Assembly: GCA_034521025.1 (NCBI GenBank)
Contig: JAXHMZ010000003.1
Coordinates: 79,726 to 143,725 of the forward strand
Length of the DNA: 64,000 nucleotides
Source of the DNA: Candidatus Campbellbacteria bacterium
GTDB lineage: Bacteria > Patescibacteriota > Minisyncoccia > Phycocordibacterales > JAXHMZ01
Direction of reading: 5' to 3'
This document shows, piece after piece, positions 1-9,803 of this stretch (position 1 is its first letter; the number at the start of each line of letters is the position of its first letter). Position numbers and translations under genes: made by a program. The notes beneath the pieces were generated by a model that saw nothing but the letters and a program-made list of their open reading frames with translations, did not search any database and was not told where the DNA came from.

Positions 1-371
1 ATTAAACCGCGCATCATAAACTTTTTATGCACAATATGCGCGTAATGTTCAGCGTTGGCAGAAGAGGGGACATCTTGAGCCAATTCCGCTAAATAGCTTC
101 GACCTCCTACTTTGGATAATTGTTTGTTCTCTTCCAATTTATTGGAAAGAGAGAGAAGGTCTATCGGCTCGCCCTTACTAAATAGCTCAAAGATCGCCTG
201 CCAAATTGTTTTATGTTTTTCAACATAAAAACTTTCATCTCTGATTATATCAACCACGTCATGCAATACTTCATTGCGAAGCATAATTGAACCCAAAAGC
301 GCCTTCTCTGACTCGATATTTTGCGGTGGAAGTAAATATTGTTTATCCTGTTCGCTCATCGTCTTATTCAT
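1..371 (-). CDS. dnaB: Replicative DNA helicase DnaB, N-terminal part (runs off window)
   Basis: Manual translation from ATG at 371: MNKTMSEQDKQYLLPPQNIESEKALLGSIML...FYVEKHKTIWQAIFELFSKGEPIDLLSL...VGGRSYLAELAQDVPSSANAEHYAHIV, typical of the DnaB N-domain; not in the ORF track. Confidence 0.93.
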   Translation of the reverse strand, partial: MNKTMSEQDKQYLLPPQNIESEKALLGSIMLRNEVLHDVVDIIRDESFYVEKHKTIWQAIFELFSKGEPIDLLSLSNKLEENKQLSKVGGRSYLAELAQDVPSSANAEHYAHIVHKKFMMRGL

Positions 372-447
372 ATCTCTATTCTAGCACGTACTGTTGGTGC
401 CCTGGCTCGAAAAGTTGAAAGAAATGTTTATAAGCTGTGTATATTTA

Positions 448-1860
448 TTAGGAGCTAAATTTAGCGCTTTCTATCTCATAACCATCCTTTGTATCCCTCA
501 CCACAAAGCCCCGCGAGGTTATTTTATCTCGCAGTTCGTCCGCTAATTCGTAATTTTTGGCTTCTTTTGCTTTTTGTCTCTCACGTGCCAGCTCTTCTAT
601 TTCAGGAGGAACATTGTATATCTCTCGAGAGAGTTTGCTTAAGCCCAACCCAAGTATTGAATCAAACAATTCTAGTTCGTATTTTTTCTCACCACGAGGA
701 ATCGTTTCGTCTTTAATAAGCTTCCAAACAACTGCTAGAGCTTCAGCTGAATTAATGTCGTCTTCTAGGGACGCGAAAAATTCTTCCTCATAATTATTAC
801 TTTGAGACTTAGGTGTATCTCTTTCTACTTCTTTTAGCTCCGCGTAAAAATGAACCAACCTTGAAAGAGCTTTAGCAGAAGCTTCTAGTGCCTCGAAACT
901 AAAATTGATAATAGACCTATAATGAGCCTGCAGTAGTAGGTAACGATAGTGCAATGGTTCATATCCACGATCACGTAGGGTTTTCAGCCGTATAAAATTA
1001 CCTTCGGATTTTGCCATCTTTCCTTCCTTCACGTTGACAAACTCGTGGTGTAGCCAGAAGCGAGAAAAAGGTCTGCCGGTAGCGCAAACTGATTGAGCGA
1101 TCTCGTTGGTGTGGTGGACCGGAATATGGTCAATACCGCCGGTGTGTATATCAAGCGTTTCTCCGAGATACTTCATGGCCATTGCCGAGCACTCTATGTG
1201 CCAGCCGGGAAATCCAATACCCCAAGGAGAATCCCATTCTTGCTCGCGTTTTTCTTCAGGCTTTGAAAATTTCCAGAGAGCAAAATCCGTGGAGTTGCGC
1301 TTTTCCGGATTAGCTTCAACCCTGATGCCTTCTTTGAGTCCTTCTACGTCGAGATTAGACAGCTTGCCATAGTCTTCGTATTTGGCGGTATCGAAATAGA
1401 CTCCATCAGAAGTTGTGTAAGTGTAACCCTTTTCCTCTAGCGTTTTGATCAGTTCAATTTGCTCTGAAATATGATCTGTGGCTCGAGGATATTTATAGAC
1501 GTTAGACGTATCTATGTTTAAAGACTGAAGGTCATCTAAAAAAGCTTGAGTGTAGTGCTCTATTATTTCCTCTACACTCTTTTTTTCGCGTTTTGCACCT
1601 TTTTCGATCTTATCTTCGCCCTCATCTCCGTCATCAACCAGATGGCCAACATCGGTTATATTTATAACTTGCTTTACTTCATATCCATTATGTTCCAAGA
1701 GGCGACGAAGAAGATCGGCGTTCACGTAACCTCTCAAGTTACCGATATGAGCATAATCATATACAGTAGGCCCACAATTATACATTGTAACCGTTGGTGG
1801 GTTCAGCGGATAAAATTCTTCTTTTTCTCTTGTATAAGTGTTGTACAGTTTTATAGCCAT
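448..1860 (-). CDS. cysS: Cysteinyl-tRNA synthetase
   Basis: CGPTVYDYAHIGN, GFPGWHIECSAM and KMAKS motifs. Confidence 0.97.
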   Translation of the reverse strand: MAIKLYNTYTREKEEFYPLNPPTVTMYNCGPTVYDYAHIGNLRGYVNADLLRRLLEHNGYEVKQVINITDVGHLVDDGDEGEDKIEKGAKREKKSVEEIIEHYTQAFLDDLQSLNIDTSNVYKYPRATDHISEQIELIKTLEEKGYTYTTSDGVYFDTAKYEDYGKLSNLDVEGLKEGIRVEANPEKRNSTDFALWKFSKPEEKREQEWDSPWGIGFPGWHIECSAMAMKYLGETLDIHTGGIDHIPVHHTNEIAQSVCATGRPFSRFWLHHEFVNVKEGKMAKSEGNFIRLKTLRDRGYEPLHYRYLLLQAHYRSIINFSFEALEASAKALSRLVHFYAELKEVERDTPKSQSNNYEEEFFASLEDDINSAEALAVVWKLIKDETIPRGEKKYELELFDSILGLGLSKLSREIYNVPPEIEELARERQKAKEAKNYELADELRDKITSRGFVVRDTKDGYEIESAKFSS

Positions 1861-2765
1861 CTCTTATAGCGGAAGATTACATAGAAAACTAAACCGGTAA
1901 ATGCCATTATAGCAAGGATATACCAAAACCCGTTTGGATCACTTACCAGTGGAGTACTTTCTGTATTCATACCAAATATTCCAGCGACAACTGAGAGGGG
2001 AAAAGTAATGAAAGCCAGAATAGTAAAAGTCTTCATTACTTCGTTCTGCTTTGTTACAAGCAAAGCATCATTGGTTTTTCTAAGTTCGTCGACCAAGCCT
2101 CGGTTAGACTTGGCCTTTTCAACTACTTTATCATATTCAGAATATATAGACTCACTCACATCGCTCGCGTCTTTTTCTAAGAAGCTCGAAAGCGCGACAC
2201 TCAGATCTTCGAGTAAGTTCTTGTGTGTAGCGAGAGTTTGCTCAATAACCAGTAAATTTAGGCTTTCACGAGAAAGTTTTTCTACCGCACTAGCTTCATT
2301 GCCATCAAAAATATGTGCTTCTATCTCAAGCAATTCATCTCTCTGAAATTCGATCTCGTATAAAACAGATCTGTAAAGCTTGCGCACTATTCTATAGAAA
2401 ACACTGGAAACATTTTCTCCCACGTCTTCATTGCTCGTTATTTCTTCTACCTCAAACGTTTTGGCCAGCTTGTGTAATGGATCGATAGTGTCATAATGGT
2501 TCGTTATCAGAAAATCTCCACCGAGAACAAAGTTAACCTCCTGAAGCTTGTCGTCATTATGCGAGTGCTTCAAAGCGGGGAAGTAGAGAGCTACATACAA
2601 CGTTCCGTTAAAGCGCCGCATGTATGGCTTGAAGCTACGAGTACTGAGCTCTTCTCCAAGACGGAAATCCAAATCAAACTCCTCCACTAAAGAATTTATC
2701 TCTTCGTCGCTAGGTATTTCACTATCTACCCAGGTAACACCCTTGTGGCTATATCTATGTAACAT
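1851..2765 (-). CDS. corA: CorA-family Mg2+ transporter
   Basis: NEVMKTFT...GIFGMN signature and two C-terminal TM helices; likely start MLHRY, 7 nt after TATACT. Confidence 0.9.
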   Translation of the reverse strand: MLHRYSHKGVTWVDSEIPSDEEINSLVEEFDLDFRLGEELSTRSFKPYMRRFNGTLYVALYFPALKHSHNDDKLQEVNFVLGGDFLITNHYDTIDPLHKLAKTFEVEEITSNEDVGENVSSVFYRIVRKLYRSVLYEIEFQRDELLEIEAHIFDGNEASAVEKLSRESLNLLVIEQTLATHKNLLEDLSVALSSFLEKDASDVSESIYSEYDKVVEKAKSNRGLVDELRKTNDALLVTKQNEVMKTFTILAFITFPLSVVAGIFGMNTESTPLVSDPNGFWYILAIMAFTGLVFYVIFRYKRWL

Positions 2766-2828
2766 TGCCCTAAGTATACAGAGAGACTCGTTTGACCTCA
2801 AGTTGACGCTTTGCGATAATAGTTTGGT

Positions 2829-4047
2829 ATGCAAAATAGCAAATTCAACTTTTGGCCTTCAGCCATAATGATAGCAGTGCTTGTAACTAGCTCTTTTTTT
2901 GTTGGTTTTTTTGTCGGAAATGACCAAACAGACGATATTGAACGCGTAACTGAAGTTGACAACAAGACTTCTTCCGAGACACAAATCGACTTCTCTCCGT
3001 ATTGGAAAGCTTGGAGAATACTGAACGAAAAGCACATAGAAGGTGAAGGGTACAGAAAACGAGAAAAAGCTATGGTCTTCTATAAAGGGCTTAGCCGAAG
3101 CCTACGATGATCCATACACTACTTTTTTCCCGCCAAAGGAAGCAAAAGAATTTGAAATGGAGATCAGCGGAAATTTTGAAGGAGTAGGAATGGAAGTGGG
3201 CGTTAAGGATGAAGTATTAACCGTTATAGCACCTCTAAAGGGAACTCCGGCCGAGAAAGCCGGTGTCGAAGCGGGGGATAAAATACTTCAAATAGATGAA
3301 ACACCCACATACAACCTAACGATCGATGAAGCCGTCGATATGATCCGAGGAGAGAAGGGAACCGAGGTCGTACTAACTGTCGCTCGTGAAGGTGAAAGCG
3401 AGACAATTGAGATCCCTATAACACGAGGGGTAATACAAATACCAACCATAGATACAGAACTACGCAATGATGGAGTGTTCGTAATATCACTTTATAATTT
3501 TTCGGGCAATGCTACTTCCGCGTTTGAGGAGGCTCTCAAAGAGTTTGTAGAAACTGATTCTGAAAAACTTATTTTGGACCTGCGCGGCAATCCGGGCGGA
3601 TATCTGCAAGCAGCGGTAGAAATGGCTAGTTACTTCCTAGATAGCGGGGAGGTTGTCGTGCGCGAAACAGGAAGAGGAGGCGAAGAGGTAGAAGTCTATC
3701 GCAGTAAAGGATACGATATTTTTGATCAAGAATTGGATATGGTCGTATTGGTTAACCGTGGCTCTGCATCTGCCTCAGAGATCTTAGCTGGAGCACTTTC
3801 AGAAAACAACGTGGCCACGCTGGTAGGAGAAAAAACTTTCGGCAAAGGATCGGTTCAAGAAGTGGTTGAAATAACACCCGAGACATCGTTAAAGGTTACA
3901 ATCGCAAAGTGGCTAACGCCAAACGGAGTATCCTTCTCAGAGGAAGGTCTTACGCCCGACGTAGAGGTTGAACTGAATTCTGATGAGCTCAACTCAGGAA
4001 ACGACAAACAAATGGAACGCGCTGTTGAATTACTTCTAGAAAATTGA
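2829..4047 (+). CDS. S41 C-terminal processing peptidase (PDZ + S41), split by a +1 frameshift near 3048
   Basis: DDPYT, GVGMEV, LDLRGNPGG, SASASEI and GKGSVQ motifs; N-terminal TM in ORF 2829-3110; deleting one G of GAAGGGTACA restores EGEGTENEKKLW. Confidence 0.9.
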
Positions 4048-4077
4048 TAGTATCGAGACTCATAAGCAAACAGATAT

Positions 4078-4524
4078 ATGAAAGTAATACTATTATCATC
4101 AATACCGAAAGTAGGGAACGTAAATGACATCGTTGACGTTAGTGAGGGGTACGCTATGAACAATCTTATCCCTAAGGGCTTGGCACGTTCTGCCAGTGAT
4201 AAGAATGTTTCGGCGATAGAGAAGCAAATAAAAGAAAATAAAGCCAAAGACGAAGTTCGTAAAAACGAGACCGCCCAAACCATTCGATCTCTCGATAAGG
4301 AGAGCTTCACAGTGAAAGCAAGTGCCAGCGAAAAAGGGACTTTGTTCTCTTCTATTTCCGCAACTGATCTATCTACACAGATCAAGGAGGATAAGGGGAT
4401 TGATATTGACTCATCTTACATTGAACTAGATCAGCCGATAAAAGAAACCGGCGAGCATAAGGTAGAGATAGCTATCGAGGACACGAAAGCTACGATAGTG
4501 GTTAATATAGAACCATCAGAGTAG
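4078..4524 (+). CDS. rplI: 50S ribosomal protein L9
   Basis: MKVILL...VSEGYAMNNLIPKGLA; GTLFSSI; IKETGEH. Confidence 0.95.
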   Translation: MKVILLSSIPKVGNVNDIVDVSEGYAMNNLIPKGLARSASDKNVSAIEKQIKENKAKDEVRKNETAQTIRSLDKESFTVKASASEKGTLFSSISATDLSTQIKEDKGIDIDSSYIELDQPIKETGEHKVEIAIEDTKATIVVNIEPSE

Positions 4525-4547
4525 TAAAATATAAAATAATTTGGCAA

Positions 4548-4580
4548 CAAAAAAGCTCTGTGTGACAGAGCTTTTTTGTT
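4548..4580. terminator. Bidirectional intrinsic terminator between convergent rplI and rpmA
   Basis: acaaaaaagctctg-tgtga-cagagcttttttgt. Confidence 0.8.
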
Positions 4581-4595
4581 TTTTAATATATTCTA

Positions 4596-4868
4596 TTACA
4601 GAACACTCACCCTCTTTTTGCGAGATGTAGTACCGTTAAAATTACGCTTGCGAACTTCTTCAAAAGAAACCTTTCCGGCTCTACGTGCGTAAATTGTATG
4701 ATCTTTACCCAAAGAGACATTTTGTCCCGGCATTATTTTTGTTCCACGTTGACGCACTATAATAGACCCCTCTTTGGCGCTTTCACCCTCATAGAGTTTG
4801 GTACCTAAATACTGTGGATTTGAGTCAGTGAGGTTTTTTGCCGAACCTCCGGCTTTTCTGTGAGCCAT
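4596..4868 (-). CDS. rpmA: 50S ribosomal protein L27
   Basis: [12 protein letters not shown]...IIVRQRGTK...GKDHTIYA. Confidence 0.97.
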   Translation of the reverse strand: MAHRKAGGSAKNLTDSNPQYLGTKLYEGESAKEGSIIVRQRGTKIMPGQNVSLGKDHTIYARRAGKVSFEEVRKRNFNGTTSRKKRVSVL

Positions 4869-4907
4869 AAATAATAATTAGATTTAGGGTATAATTGAAT
4901 TACAGGC

Positions 4908-5336
4908 ATGAGTATACAAAAAAACAGCAATAATAGCAATACTAATGATGAAGAAAACATTGGATCTATTCACACTTCAATAATAGTAATTTTGCTTGTA
5001 CTTTTTGTAAGTTTTTCCGCCTTTGCTTTGGGCAGATTATCTGCTGAAAAAAATAGCAGCAAAGGCCTGGTTGTTGAAACAGTTCCGCCTAATATCTTTA
5101 AAGAAAAGGGAAGTAACAACGGAATAGAAGACGAGAAAGCAAGTCAAGGCGGTTCAGAAGAGGAGGTGGCTGAAGATCGTTTTTTAGTTGGCTCTAAAAA
5201 CTCAGATAAATATCACTTTCCTTGGTGTAGCGGAGCCAAAAGGATCAATGAAGAGAATTTGATCAGTTTCTCTTCATACGAGGAAGCCAAAAACGCTGGT
5301 TACGTAGCGGCACAAAATTGTGATGGGCTTGAATAG
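4908..5336 (+). CDS. Membrane-anchored protein with C-terminal Ada-type metal-binding domain
   Basis: One TM helix followed by GSKNSDKYHFPWC...F.S.EEA..AGY.A..NC. Confidence 0.7.
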   Translation: MSIQKNSNNSNTNDEENIGSIHTSIIVILLVLFVSFSAFALGRLSAEKNSSKGLVVETVPPNIFKEKGSNNGIEDEKASQGGSEEEVAEDRFLVGSKNSDKYHFPWCSGAKRINEENLISFSSYEEAKNAGYVAAQNCDGLE

Positions 5337-5370
5337 TTATATGCTACACTGGAGTTAAATTTTCAACTTT

Positions 5371-5964
5371 ATGATCGTTATCGATGTAGAAACCACTGGA
5401 CTCGATCCTAACCGGCATGCCGTTGTCTCATTGGGTGCAGTAGATTTTGAAAATCCGGAGCACACTTTTTATAGTGAATGCCGCGTTTTTGAGGACGCAG
5501 AAATAGACGAACAAGCATTGATAGTAAATGGGTTTTCAAAAGAAGACATTCTAAACCCATCAAAAGAAGAGCCTAAAGTGCTGCTTTTGGCGTTTCGGGA
5601 ATTTGCCAAACTATGCAAAGACGCAACGCTCGCCGGACAGAATCCAGGTTTTGATCTTAGGTTTCTTGAGAAAGCCGCACTGCGCGAACATATTGACTGG
5701 CAATTTGCTCGTCATGCGATTGATTTACATACTCTTTGCTACGCCCATATGCGCATGCATAAAAAACCTATTCCACTAAAAAACAACCACAGTGCACTTA
5801 ATTTAGCGCGCATTTTGGAATATGTAGGACTCAATAATATAGACGTACCACATCACGCATTAGAAGACGCTCGACTGACCGCTGAGTGTATATCTAGGTT
5901 AATATACAACAAACCTCTTTTTAGTGAATTTAAATCTCTCGAAATACCAAATTGGGTAACATAA
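5371..5964 (+). CDS. DEDDh 3'-5' exonuclease
   Basis: DVETTG, N..FD and HHALED motifs. Confidence 0.88.
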   Translation: MIVIDVETTGLDPNRHAVVSLGAVDFENPEHTFYSECRVFEDAEIDEQALIVNGFSKEDILNPSKEEPKVLLLAFREFAKLCKDATLAGQNPGFDLRFLEKAALREHIDWQFARHAIDLHTLCYAHMRMHKKPIPLKNNHSALNLARILEYVGLNNIDVPHHALEDARLTAECISRLIYNKPLFSEFKSLEIPNWVT

Positions 5965-5993
5965 TAAAAACAGCACTTATTGTGCTGTTTTTA
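5965..5993. terminator. Bidirectional intrinsic terminator
   Basis: aaaaacagcac-ttatt-gtgctgttttt between convergent genes. Confidence 0.75.
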
Positions 5994-6019
5994 TGTCTTT
6001 GTCCTTTTAGTTCTTAAGA

Positions 6020-6853
6020 CTATGCTTCCTCTTCAGTCTCTTCTTCGTCTGAATTACCCGATTCTTCTTCCGTCTCTTTTTCGCCGTTCTCGCTTTCTTC
6101 TTCAACTGCTTGGATCTCATCTCCCACAATCTGGATCAGCTGTGAGTAGCTATTGTACTGAACGCTACGACCGTTGAGAAAGAAGGTGGGCGTTCCAGTG
6201 GCACCAAGCCGCTGAGCGGAAGCTAAGTCTTCATCTATGCGTTCCTTAACTTCATCGGAAGAAAATGCATTTTCATATTCTTCCATATCAAGACCAATTT
6301 CTTCGGCGTATCCAGCAAAAATATCTTCTGCATTGTTGGCGCTAGACCATTCGTCTTGATTCTCAAACAGCATATCCTGCATAGCAAAGAATTCACCTTG
6401 TGCGCCCGCTGCTTCGGCTGCGCGCGCCGCAGCGTAGGCATTATCATGTATAGATACCAGTGGCAGGTGTCTGTACACTACACGTACGTCATCACCATAC
6501 TGCTCAATGATATCCTGTACTACCGGATGAGCTTGTCTGCAGCCCGGACATTGAAAATCAGCGTACTCAACCAAAGTCACCTCGGCGTCAGGATTGCCAC
6601 TTATCCACTCGTCTTCAGCAATAGAGATGTCCTGCGTCCCTCCGTTATCTAAAGCGTCGTCTGAGGAGAAAAGATTACCCACAAACAAAACCAAGCCGGC
6701 CCCTAGAAGCGCGATAAAACCCCACACAAAGACATTTTGCATAAACGCATCTTGTTTTTCCTTCTTAGCTTCTTCAGCTTTTCGTTCCAGCTTTTCGGCT
6801 CTTTTTTGGTTTCTGCGTTCTTTTTTTGATAATTGCTCTTCGTTTTCTGGCAT
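6020..6853 (-). CDS. DsbA/BdbD-like thioredoxin-fold protein
   Basis: YADFQCPGC, RHLPL and GTPTFFLNG motifs; N-terminal TM; acidic tail. Confidence 0.9.
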   Translation of the reverse strand: MPENEEQLSKKERRNQKRAEKLERKAEEAKKEKQDAFMQNVFVWGFIALLGAGLVLFVGNLFSSDDALDNGGTQDISIAEDEWISGNPDAEVTLVEYADFQCPGCRQAHPVVQDIIEQYGDDVRVVYRHLPLVSIHDNAYAAARAAEAAGAQGEFFAMQDMLFENQDEWSSANNAEDIFAGYAEEIGLDMEEYENAFSSDEVKERIDEDLASAQRLGATGTPTFFLNGRSVQYNSYSQLIQIVGDEIQAVEEESENGEKETEEESGNSDEEETEEEA

Positions 6854-6903
6854 ATATTTGTATTAAATCTGTTAGTATTAAACCACTCAGACATAATACC
6901 AAA

Positions 6904-7371
6904 ATGAATAAAAAACGAAACTACTGGCTAATGAAAAGCGAGCCAAACACTTATTCGATAGATGATCTTAAACAAGATAAAGTAACTGCCTGGGATGGCG
7001 TCAGGAATTATCAAGCCCGCAATTTTATGCGTGACGATATGAAAAAAGGTGACCTTGTTTTGTTTTATCACTCAAACGCCAAACCACCTGGAGTAGTCGG
7101 AGTAGGGGAGGTGTCTAGTAAAAGCTATCCAGATCCGACACAATTTGATGAAAATAGCCAATATTTTGATGCTAAGGCAACAAGAGACAAACCGCGATGG
7201 TTTTTGGTCGATATAAAATACAAGAAAAAATTTAAAGAGGTGATCTCGCTAGAATATATTAAATCTTTAAAAAAATTCTCAGATATGGAACTTACAAAGA
7301 AGGGAAGTAGGCTATCGGTCCAGCCGGTCAAAAAGCATCATTTTGACGCACTCGTGAAGAAGGGCCGCTAA
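6904..7371 (+). CDS. EVE domain protein
   Basis: YWLMKSEP, WDGVRNYQARN, FYHS and RLSVQPV; start set at ATG 6904, 6 nt after CATAAT. Confidence 0.92.
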   Translation: MNKKRNYWLMKSEPNTYSIDDLKQDKVTAWDGVRNYQARNFMRDDMKKGDLVLFYHSNAKPPGVVGVGEVSSKSYPDPTQFDENSQYFDAKATRDKPRWFLVDIKYKKKFKEVISLEYIKSLKKFSDMELTKKGSRLSVQPVKKHHFDALVKKGR

Positions 7372-7469
7372 AGATATTGTGCGACATACAATTTATGTTG
7401 TTTGTGGATATTTAATATATGTTTGCTATACTTCTTCGGGGTAAATAAAGAAACACCGGGAGTGATAAA

Positions 7470-7625
7470 GTGACAAACGAGACGAAAGTCTGCTTTAAAC
7501 ACGGCCGTCTCGAGATCAAGGAAGGCGAGTGGGTGCAACTATCCGAGAAGGAAGAGAAGCTTTATAGAACTCTTGAGAATCTAGGCCTAGAGACAAGAGA
7601 CACAAAGTGCGATAGATGTAAGTAA
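7470..7625 (+). CDS. 51-aa ORFan with CxxH...CxxC motifs (cassette 1)
   Basis: Manual translation MTNETKVCFKHGRLEIKEGEWVQLSEKEEKLYRTLENLGLETRDTKCDRCK; GGGAG(TGA) upstream of GTG; extended -10 TGcTATACT at 7424-7432; terminator downstream. Confidence 0.6.
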   Translation: MTNETKVCFKHGRLEIKEGEWVQLSEKEEKLYRTLENLGLETRDTKCDRCK

Positions 7626-7677
7626 AAAATTTCAAAAGAAAAGTTCTTTGTACAAAGTACAAAATTCAGTCTGCACC

Positions 7678-7710
7678 AATAGCCTCACTTCATAGAAGGG
7701 GGCTATTTTT
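7678..7710 (+). terminator. Intrinsic terminator of cassette 1
   Basis: aatagcctcacttc-ata-gaagggggctattttt. Confidence 0.65.
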
Positions 7711-7800
7711 GTATTTGATAAACGACGGATTTGATCGGTAGGGAGATAGGTAAAATAAAATATTAGATGTCGTACAATATATCTTTTGCGACATCACATA

Positions 7801-7844
7801 ATAAAAATATACCTCGGCTAATTTATTCTACCGAGGTATTTTAT
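7801..7844 (-). terminator. Intrinsic terminator of cassette 2
   Basis: atacctcgg...ccgaggtat stem followed on the minus strand by a T-rich run. Confidence 0.6.
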
Positions 7845-7861
7845 CGCTTTTATTCAAGTGA

Positions 7862-8386
7862 TCAACAACTGGCCAATTCCTCTATAATACTTTCGGGCAT
7901 TTTACTGAATGAGTTCGGATCTTTTTTCATTTGTATGTACTGGTTTTCAACTCTATAAGCTTGCGCTTCAGCCTGTCCTTCGCAATCGTACCTCTTCCGT
8001 TTTAGAAATTGGGCGTGGTGAACTAATTCGTGAACTAAGTACTTATTACCTGTATCATCCGTATAATCGATTTCCTCTCTTAAAACAATGTAGTTGTACC
8101 TATTCCTATAAGTAAGGCTAATGCTAGACGCTGTGTCTACGTGAGGATCATCGGAGTCAAAGTAAAAAACCGGTATTTGGCTTATATGATACGTAGTATT
8201 CTCGTTAAGCCAAGTGATCAACTCCAACATCACATCTCTGGTTTCTTTGTATTTTTTTGTTTTTGATTGCAAATGTTGTTTGGTTAAAACAGACAACTGT
8301 AGAAGTTTGGGGCCGATCAATTGAAAACAGACCAGAAAAACAATAAATGAGTAGATGAAAACCGCAAACTTTCTCACAGTGAACAC
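7862..8386 (-). CDS. HExxH metallopeptidase-like membrane-anchored or secreted protein, DUF6647-like (cassette 2)
   Basis: LVHELVHHAQ..Y.C....E..AY motif; N-terminal hydrophobic segment; AAGGAAGGAG upstream of GTG. Confidence 0.65.
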   Translation of the reverse strand: MFTVRKFAVFIYSFIVFLVCFQLIGPKLLQLSVLTKQHLQSKTKKYKETRDVMLELITWLNENTTYHISQIPVFYFDSDDPHVDTASSISLTYRNRYNYIVLREEIDYTDDTGNKYLVHELVHHAQFLKRKRYDCEGQAEAQAYRVENQYIQMKKDPNSFSKMPESIIEELASC

Positions 8387-8431
8387 TTCTCCTTCCTTGT
8401 GGTGAACTCAAACTCCCTACCCTTCCCTATG

Positions 8432-8462
8432 ATTAGTTTACAATATAAACTAATTCTGTCAA
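8432..8462 (-). promoter_or_regulatory. Sigma70-type promoter with overlapping 9-bp inverted repeat
   Basis: TTGACA-16-TAAACT; ATTAGTTTA-caata-TAAACTAAT palindrome at 8432-8454. Confidence 0.6.
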
Positions 8463-8508
8463 ATTCTGTGAAACTTTATCTCTACTCTTTATTGTTAATT
8501 TAATTAAA

Positions 8509-9798
8509 TTATAGAAATGATAGGGGGTTTAGATAGCCCGTAGGATCAGACAGAGGCAACCTGTAGACCGCTCCGGAGCATCCCCTGCTCGGCATAGTTG
8601 TTACTTGTACTCCGCTAGTAGCATACACCGTAAAGTGAAGATGAGGTCCGGTAGAATATCCCGAATTTCCTGAATATCCTATCACTTCTCCCTTCTTCAC
8701 CGTCTCTCCCTTACTTACAGATATTCGGGATAGATGAGCGTAGAGAGTTGAAAGATTGTTGTTATGTCTCAAGAGGATCCAACGTCCATAAGAAGCTCCT
8801 CTGCAAGTCTGGTCAGTATTACCCGTATCGACAACCACCCCACTCTCCGCGGCTTTTACTCCGGTGCCCATACCAACTCCAAAATCAATTCCGTTGTGAC
8901 CTCCCCCACTATATACCTGCGGGTTAGACGTAGCGAAAGCTGTATTGCCAAAATATTGGGTAATATTGACATTATCTACAGGCCAACCAAGCACACCAGG
9001 CCTTGCCGAGGGAACGGAACCCGGATCTACATTCAAGTTCAACTGGCTTTCTAGCTCCTGTATTTCAGCCTCAAACGCCTGCTTACGCGCCTTTCTTTCC
9101 CTTAGCATTTTTTGATATTCAGATTCTTTATTTTCTGTAACAGCTAGCAGTTGCGATTGTTCTTCTTTGTTTTCTACAACCAAACCGGCTTTGGCTTCTA
9201 GTTCTCCGCGCAAGGCCAATTGCTCCTCGCGCAATTCTTCTTGTTCTTTTCGTTTGTCTTCGAGCTCATTCTGTAATTTTGCCAACTCGTCTATGCTAGC
9301 CGAAACAGATTTCTGAAAAGCAAACAGAGAGTCCATCTCTCCCCAATAGTCCGAGAGATTGTCGTGACGCAGCATGGCTTCCACTAGAGATTTGTCACTT
9401 TCCTGCTGAACGGACTTTAATGTTTTAGAAATAGCATCTTTGTTCAGCTTAATATTATTTTTGACTTTAGATATTTCACCTTGCAATTCCTCGATAGCAT
9501 CCTCAGCCACCGCTATTTTTGACTCCACTAGCTCAATGTCTGCGTTTAATTTTCTTTCTGAGATCCTAAGTGTCTGTATGGTATTTTCAAGTGTTTGCTT
9601 TTCTTTACTAAGTGTATTGATCTCCGATTGGTACTCGGCTATTTCTCGCTCCAATCTTTCTATATTCTCACTACGCTGCTCTATTTTTTCTTTTATTTCT
9701 TCTTCCTCTTGAGCATAAACAGACAAACCTATTGAAGCTAAAAGCACAATAAGAGAAAAGAGTAAATATTTTGAAAATAGATATAGTTTACTTTCCAT
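8509..9798 (-). CDS. Coiled-coil M23 murein endopeptidase (EnvC/MepM-like)
   Basis: Signal/TM segment, long coiled coil, HNGID, YAHL and GPHLHF motifs. Confidence 0.9.
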   Translation of the reverse strand: MESKLYLFSKYLLFSLIVLLASIGLSVYAQEEEEIKEKIEQRSENIERLEREIAEYQSEINTLSKEKQTLENTIQTLRISERKLNADIELVESKIAVAEDAIEELQGEISKVKNNIKLNKDAISKTLKSVQQESDKSLVEAMLRHDNLSDYWGEMDSLFAFQKSVSASIDELAKLQNELEDKRKEQEELREEQLALRGELEAKAGLVVENKEEQSQLLAVTENKESEYQKMLRERKARKQAFEAEIQELESQLNLNVDPGSVPSARPGVLGWPVDNVNITQYFGNTAFATSNPQVYSGGGHNGIDFGVGMGTGVKAAESGVVVDTGNTDQTCRGASYGRWILLRHNNNLSTLYAHLSRISVSKGETVKKGEVIGYSGNSGYSTGPHLHFTVYATSGVQVTTMPSRGCSGAVYRLPLSDPTGYLNPLSFL

Positions 9799-9803
9799 TA
9801 TTA

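Noticed and set aside
3040-3055. Frameshift in the S41 peptidase as programmed recoding
   Set aside because: A single extra G in a short G run restores the protein; there is no slippery heptamer or stimulatory structure, and the window has many other indels.
8205-8411. Alternative 68-aa ORF overlapping cassette 2
   Set aside because: It overlaps the HExxH ORF out of frame, its TTG start is too close to the purine tract, and it has no recognisable features.
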